This document shows positions 59,721-64,000 of a stretch of 64,000 nucleotides of DNA, one piece after another. A model generated the notes under the pieces. The model searched no databases. It had not been told where the DNA came from and saw only the letters and a program-made list of their open reading frames with translations. The stretch is from Candidatus Heimdallarchaeota archaeon (lineage in GTDB: Archaea > Asgardarchaeota > Heimdallarchaeia > Hodarchaeales > Hodarchaeaceae). Positions within the stretch are counted from its first letter, which is position 1. Each line of letters opens with the position of its first letter. The DNA is taken from NCBI GenBank assembly GCA_020353515.1, contig CP070695.1:2578155-2642154 (forward strand). Direction: 5' to 3'. A program made the translations under genes and the position numbers.

Positions 59721-61553
59721 ATGCGTATTGTTGTTTTGGATACCGATAAGTGTAAACCCAAGAGATGTGTGAAGGAATGCCGTGGTTCCTGTCCAGTTGT
59801 CCGCTCAGGAACCGAAATGTTCGAATTTGAAACGCCTGTTTCCCAACCAATCATCTATGAACAGTTTTGTACTGGATGTGGAATTTGTCCAAAAGCGTGT
59901 CGATTTCATGCTCTCTCAATTATTAACACTCCTGAACGATTAGACAAAGACTTAACTCATAGATTCGGGAGAAATGGGTTCACATTATTTCGATTACCTG
60001 TTATCAAACCAAAAAAGGTGAATGGTTTAGTTGGTCAGAATGGAGTGGGTAAATCAACGGCATTAAAGATCCTATCTGGGGATATCATACCTAATTTTGG
60101 AGTTCATGAGGAGAAACCTACTTGGGAGCGTGTCCACGAGTATTACAAGGGAACTGAGCTCCAGAATTATTTCCAAAAAATGATTGAAAACAAAATTAAA
60201 TGTGTTCGTAAACCACAATACATTGATACCATTGCTAAACACGTTAAGGGAACTGTAAAGGATGTTATAACCCGATTTGATGAAAGAAACGTCCTTGATG
60301 AAATCCAAGAAGATTTAGCTCTTCAAGAAATCTGGAATCGTAACATTAAACTCCTCTCAGGTGGAGAACTTCAGAAACTAGCTGTCGCTGTAGCAATGGT
60401 TCGTGATATGGATATCTATCTATTTGATGAGCCTTCTTCCTTTCTTGATATTAACGAGCGTCTTCGGGTCGGAGTAGCTATTAGAAGCCTAAACGATCAT
60501 GGAAAGACTGTAGTTATTGTTGAACATGATTTAGCTGTGTTAGATTACCTTTCTGATTATGTTACTACTTTTTATGGCACTCCATCATCCTATGGTATAA
60601 TTTCCCAACCATATACCGAAAAAGAAGGAATAAATGTATTTCTTGATGGCTTTATCCCTTCAGAAAACATGAGATTCCGTGATTACTCTATTATCATTCA
60701 AAAATCGTCAGTAAGAGAGAAAAGTATTGTTTCTGACGAAATACTATCTTACCAGGATCTTTCAAAAATCTTTAAACAGAGTAATTTCTCTTTAGACGTT
60801 AGAAAAGGAATGATTCATCAAAATGAGATCATTGGAATATTAGGTCCAAATGGAATTGGAAAAACTACCTTTATAAAGATGTTAGCGGGCCTAGAATCCC
60901 CTACTTCAGGAACAGTAGATCGGGTAATTCTGGATAACCAACCAGATAATGAAAATGCTAATTCGACTGATGTTCTCCGAGTAGCGTATAAACCTCAATA
61001 TATATCTTTAAATGGAGACCAAACGGTAGAAGCTTTTCTCTTGGAAACAGGAGGAGCAATTGTCGCCACGTCCCAATTTCAAAGCGAGTTTATCCGTCCT
61101 TTTCAATTGACAGAGCTATTTGATCAATCACTTAAGTATTTGAGTGGAGGGGAACTACAAAAAGTCGCTATTGTAAGCACTTTAGCCAAAGATGCCGATT
61201 TATACTTATTTGACGAACCATCAGCGTTTTTGTCAATTGAGGACAGATTAACTGCAGCTAAGATCATCCGAAGACTAATTAAGAGTCGGAAGGCTGCAAG
61301 TTTTATTGTAGAGCACGATATCGTTTTCCAAGATTATGCAAGTGATCGGATAATTGTTTTTCTTGGACAATCAGGCGTTTATGGGAAAGCTTATTCCCCA
61401 TCTCCCGTTAGAACAGGGATGAACCGATTTCTTGGAAATTTAAAAATCACTTTTCGACGTGATCCTAAGAGTGGGCGTCCCCGAGTAAATAAAACTGATT
61501 CTAAGCTTGATCGCCTCCAGAAAAACCAAGGCGAATATTATTATGAGAAGTGA
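59721..61553 (+). CDS. abce1: ABCE1/Rli1 ribosome recycling ATPase
   Basis: N-terminal Fe-S Cys cluster; two NBDs (GQNGVGKS, GPNGIGKT, LSGGELQ); RPRVNK..S. Confidence 0.97.
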   Translation: MRIVVLDTDKCKPKRCVKECRGSCPVVRSGTEMFEFETPVSQPIIYEQFCTGCGICPKACRFHALSIINTPERLDKDLTHRFGRNGFTLFRLPVIKPKKVNGLVGQNGVGKSTALKILSGDIIPNFGVHEEKPTWERVHEYYKGTELQNYFQKMIENKIKCVRKPQYIDTIAKHVKGTVKDVITRFDERNVLDEIQEDLALQEIWNRNIKLLSGGELQKLAVAVAMVRDMDIYLFDEPSSFLDINERLRVGVAIRSLNDHGKTVVIVEHDLAVLDYLSDYVTTFYGTPSSYGIISQPYTEKEGINVFLDGFIPSENMRFRDYSIIIQKSSVREKSIVSDEILSYQDLSKIFKQSNFSLDVRKGMIHQNEIIGILGPNGIGKTTFIKMLAGLESPTSGTVDRVILDNQPDNENANSTDVLRVAYKPQYISLNGDQTVEAFLLETGGAIVATSQFQSEFIRPFQLTELFDQSLKYLSGGELQKVAIVSTLAKDADLYLFDEPSAFLSIEDRLTAAKIIRRLIKSRKAASFIVEHDIVFQDYASDRIIVFLGQSGVYGKAYSPSPVRTGMNRFLGNLKITFRRDPKSGRPRVNKTDSKLDRLQKNQGEYYYEK

Positions 61554-62091
61554 TCCACGTACTCGGTCTGTAGTTACGATCTATCATGCAGATCAATGTG
61601 ACAGAAAGAAATGCACTGGAATTAAGACTTGGCTTGCTTTTAAACAGAGCAAGTTTCCTTCCATTACTCATATGAGATTCATTAAGCGATTACCTCAAAT
61701 TCCTCGCTATTCCTTAATTTTAAATCCATCAGCAGAAGATATTTTGTGCTATACAGATCTTGATGTATTCACAAAATCTGGATTAACCGTCCTAGACTGC
61801 TCCTGGAATCATACAGAAGAGATTTTTGCTAAACATTTTCCACATCCAAGGAGGCTCCCCTATTTAATCGCAGCAAATCCAACTAATTATGGAAAACCAA
61901 CAAAACTTAGCAGTGTTGAGGCTCTTGCGGCAGCGTTTTTTCTTTTAAGAAGTGAAAGAACGGCGAATGAGTTAATGTCGGTCTTTAATTGGGGAAAACA
62001 GTTCTTAACTCTGAATTCTAATTTACTCCATGATTATGCGGCAAGTAACAGTACGGATGAGATAAAAAAAATCGAACTTGAATATTTTTGA
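61543..62091 (+). CDS. tsr3: rRNA aminocarboxypropyltransferase Tsr3
   Basis: QCDRKKCTG, LDCSW, RRLPYLIAANPTNYG, LSSVEA, FNWG. Confidence 0.93.
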   Translation: MRSDPRTRSVVTIYHADQCDRKKCTGIKTWLAFKQSKFPSITHMRFIKRLPQIPRYSLILNPSAEDILCYTDLDVFTKSGLTVLDCSWNHTEEIFAKHFPHPRRLPYLIAANPTNYGKPTKLSSVEALAAAFFLLRSERTANELMSVFNWGKQFLTLNSNLLHDYAASNSTDEIKKIELEYF

Positions 62092-62228
62092 ACCTAGAAT
62101 TTTTTAATGTAGTGTTTTAGATTCTGATTTCGAAAGGAAAGGGAAGAAAAAAATTAAGTTAAAAAGTAAATCTTCTCTTATAACCGTAAATCCTAAAATA
62201 AAATGATTTAAATGGAGCAAAAATCCTC

Positions 62229-62693
62229 GTGACTGCAGATAAGCCTTTGAAAATTACCTTACTGGGTGTGAAGCAGTCGAAACCAGGGAACAAGTTCATT
62301 TTCATGGGTGAGACTGAATATTGTTCTGAATGTCGGCTTCGTGGGGTTTGTTTAAAACTCGAAGAAAACAGAGTCTATGAGGTTGCCAGTGTAAAAGACA
62401 CAATTCATCCCTGTGAGGTTTTTGTGCAAGGAGTTCAAACAGTCGAAATATTTGAACCGTCATATGTAGTCACAACAGGAGCAAAACTCGCAGTGGAAGG
62501 AGCAACTATTACTTTTAATCATCGAGAGTGCACCTTAATCGAGTGTCCCCACTATTATCATCATTGTTGCCCAACCTATCTTAATGAAGGGGAAAAACTT
62601 AGGATTATAGATATCTCAAATGAATCTGTCGAGTGCAAGCAAGGATATCAATTAAAATTGATCACTGTTGATCGTAATAGTGAGTACGATTAA
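62229..62693 (+). CDS. UPF0179 family protein
   Basis: ITLLG, CSECRL..VC, YEV, HPC. Confidence 0.8.
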   Translation: MTADKPLKITLLGVKQSKPGNKFIFMGETEYCSECRLRGVCLKLEENRVYEVASVKDTIHPCEVFVQGVQTVEIFEPSYVVTTGAKLAVEGATITFNHRECTLIECPHYYHHCCPTYLNEGEKLRIIDISNESVECKQGYQLKLITVDRNSEYD

Positions 62694-62720
62694 TGGAATT
62701 TTTGTTGAGGAATTAAAAAA

Positions 62721-63476
62721 ATGCCGATTGCTGAAAATGATTGGATAAAAATTGACTACACAGGCCGTCTAAAGGAGAACTCTAAAGCTTTTGATACAAC
62801 ATTAGAGGATATAGCGCGTTCTGAACGTATTTTTGATGAGAAACGGGGATATAACCCCCTATTATGTCGAGCTGGGGATGAGAAGTTCTTAATCCCTGGA
62901 TTGGCTAAAAACCTAATCGGATTAGAATTAAATTCTCCTCAAACCTTTGAAATTCCATCTGAAGATGCATATGGAGAAAGGGATAGCAAAAAAATCGAAA
63001 TGGTTCCTACAAAACGTCTGCGAAAAGCCAATCTCGATCCAAGGGTTGGCAATCGTGTACAATTAGCTGGTAGAAGTGGAACCATAATTTGGGTAGGTGG
63101 AGGTAGATCACGGATCGATTTTAACCATCCCCTAGCGGGAAAGGATCTAATCTTCGATGTTACAATCGTTGAACATCTAGAAGATGAAGAACAAATTCGA
63201 AAAGAAATTGTATCTCGCCGATTTCCTGGAATTAACATTGATGAACTTGAGATCGAGATTTCAGAGGATCCAGATACTATATCCATTTCATTACCAAATT
63301 ATCTGATCTTCATGGAGGGTCTTGCAATTGCCAAATATTCGTTAGCAACAGAGCTTCGTGATTTTCTAGAGTTTAAAGTCGTTAAATTCGTTGATGTTTT
63401 TGATTATCAAGAAACACCACCTTCAGATGAAGAAGTAGAGCCTCAGGAAGAAGAAGGTTCCGAAGAAGAGGAGTAA
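62721..63476 (+). CDS. slyD: FKBP-type peptidyl-prolyl isomerase (long archaeal SlyD)
   Basis: IDYTG, FDTT, LIPGL, AYGER, DFNHPLAGKDL. Confidence 0.93.
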   Translation: MPIAENDWIKIDYTGRLKENSKAFDTTLEDIARSERIFDEKRGYNPLLCRAGDEKFLIPGLAKNLIGLELNSPQTFEIPSEDAYGERDSKKIEMVPTKRLRKANLDPRVGNRVQLAGRSGTIIWVGGGRSRIDFNHPLAGKDLIFDVTIVEHLEDEEQIRKEIVSRRFPGINIDELEIEISEDPDTISISLPNYLIFMEGLAIAKYSLATELRDFLEFKVVKFVDVFDYQETPPSDEEVEPQEEEGSEEEE

Positions 63477-63536
63477 TCCTTAATCTAAATACTATCATTT
63501 GATTCTATTATTGAACAAATTCAATAACAATGATGT

Positions 63537-63752
63537 TCATTCTTCAGATACCGCTCGCATCTTGGGTGTATATTTCTTAGTCCATTTAAACTTTCTAGGA
63601 TCCCGCTTAAAATCCAATAAAGATCTACGACATTTGCGACTGCAAAATCGAAGTAATTGTCCACTTCTTCGTACAAATGAGATCCCCGTCCCAGCCTCAA
63701 TATCATGTCCACAAAAGGCACAAGGGAAAATTCTGACCATTGTTTTCACCAA
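63537..63752 (-). CDS. rpl24e: 50S ribosomal protein L24e
   Basis: CAFCG..I..GTG, FCSRKC, PRKFKWT. Confidence 0.95.
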   Translation of the reverse strand: MVKTMVRIFPCAFCGHDIEAGTGISFVRRSGQLLRFCSRKCRRSLLDFKRDPRKFKWTKKYTPKMRAVSEE

Positions 63753-63767
63753 TCAATATACTGCGAC

Positions 63768-63983
63768 TCAGGGACGTTTCAAGTTTCGAGCTTCTCGTTC
63801 TGTTTCTCTTAAAAGGAGAACGTCACTTTTACGGATCGGGCCTTTAACATTACGTACAATAATTCGACCTCGATCTCTTCCTTCTAGTACTCGAACACGT
63901 ACTTGAGTAATTTCACCTGTTACACCAGTACGTCCAATAATCTGAAGAACTTCGGCTGGAATAGAGATTTCTTCCTCACTCAT
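63768..63983 (-). CDS. rps28e: 30S ribosomal protein S28e
   Basis: [28 protein letters not shown]. Confidence 0.97.
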   Translation of the reverse strand: MSEEEISIPAEVLQIIGRTGVTGEITQVRVRVLEGRDRGRIIVRNVKGPIRKSDVLLLRETEREARNLKRP

Positions 63984-64000
63984 TTAGATGCCTCCTTATA

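Noticed and set aside
63499-63906. 135-aa plus-strand ORF
   Set aside because: Antisense to rpl24e and rps28e

Overview
AT-rich, gene-dense archaeal DNA. It is very likely from an Asgard archaeon (Heimdallarchaeia/Hodarchaeales-like; inferred from gene content only). Core housekeeping loci: orc1/cdc6-gins23-mcm(intein)-hel308, porG-D-A-B, nadA-nadC, elp3, aglH/DPAGT1, trm56, sua5, dph6, nth, a class I HDAC, nop2-nip7, ABCE1-tsr3, slyD, rpl24e, rps28e, an intron-containing tRNA-Ala(GGC) and the RNase P RNA. Interleaved with these is an unusually dense set of eukaryotic-signature-like genes: five small GTPases (two Rab-like, one MglA-like, one Arf-like, one divergent), a gelsolin-X protein, a second divergent gelsolin-like protein, a longin-domain protein and a CdvA-like protein. 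Best leads: (1) a GTPase paired with a GAP1-N/GAP1-M (DENN-like) partner; (2) a Get4-like solenoid inside a Rab/gelsolin/MglA/longin cluster; (3) a polyproline-WH2-TPR protein next to an Arf GTPase; (4) an integrase-less ClC islet bounded by a 47-bp duplication of the RNase P RNA 3' end; (5) an RNase P RNA apparently lacking P17/P6. All family calls come from motif recognition by eye; no searches were run.
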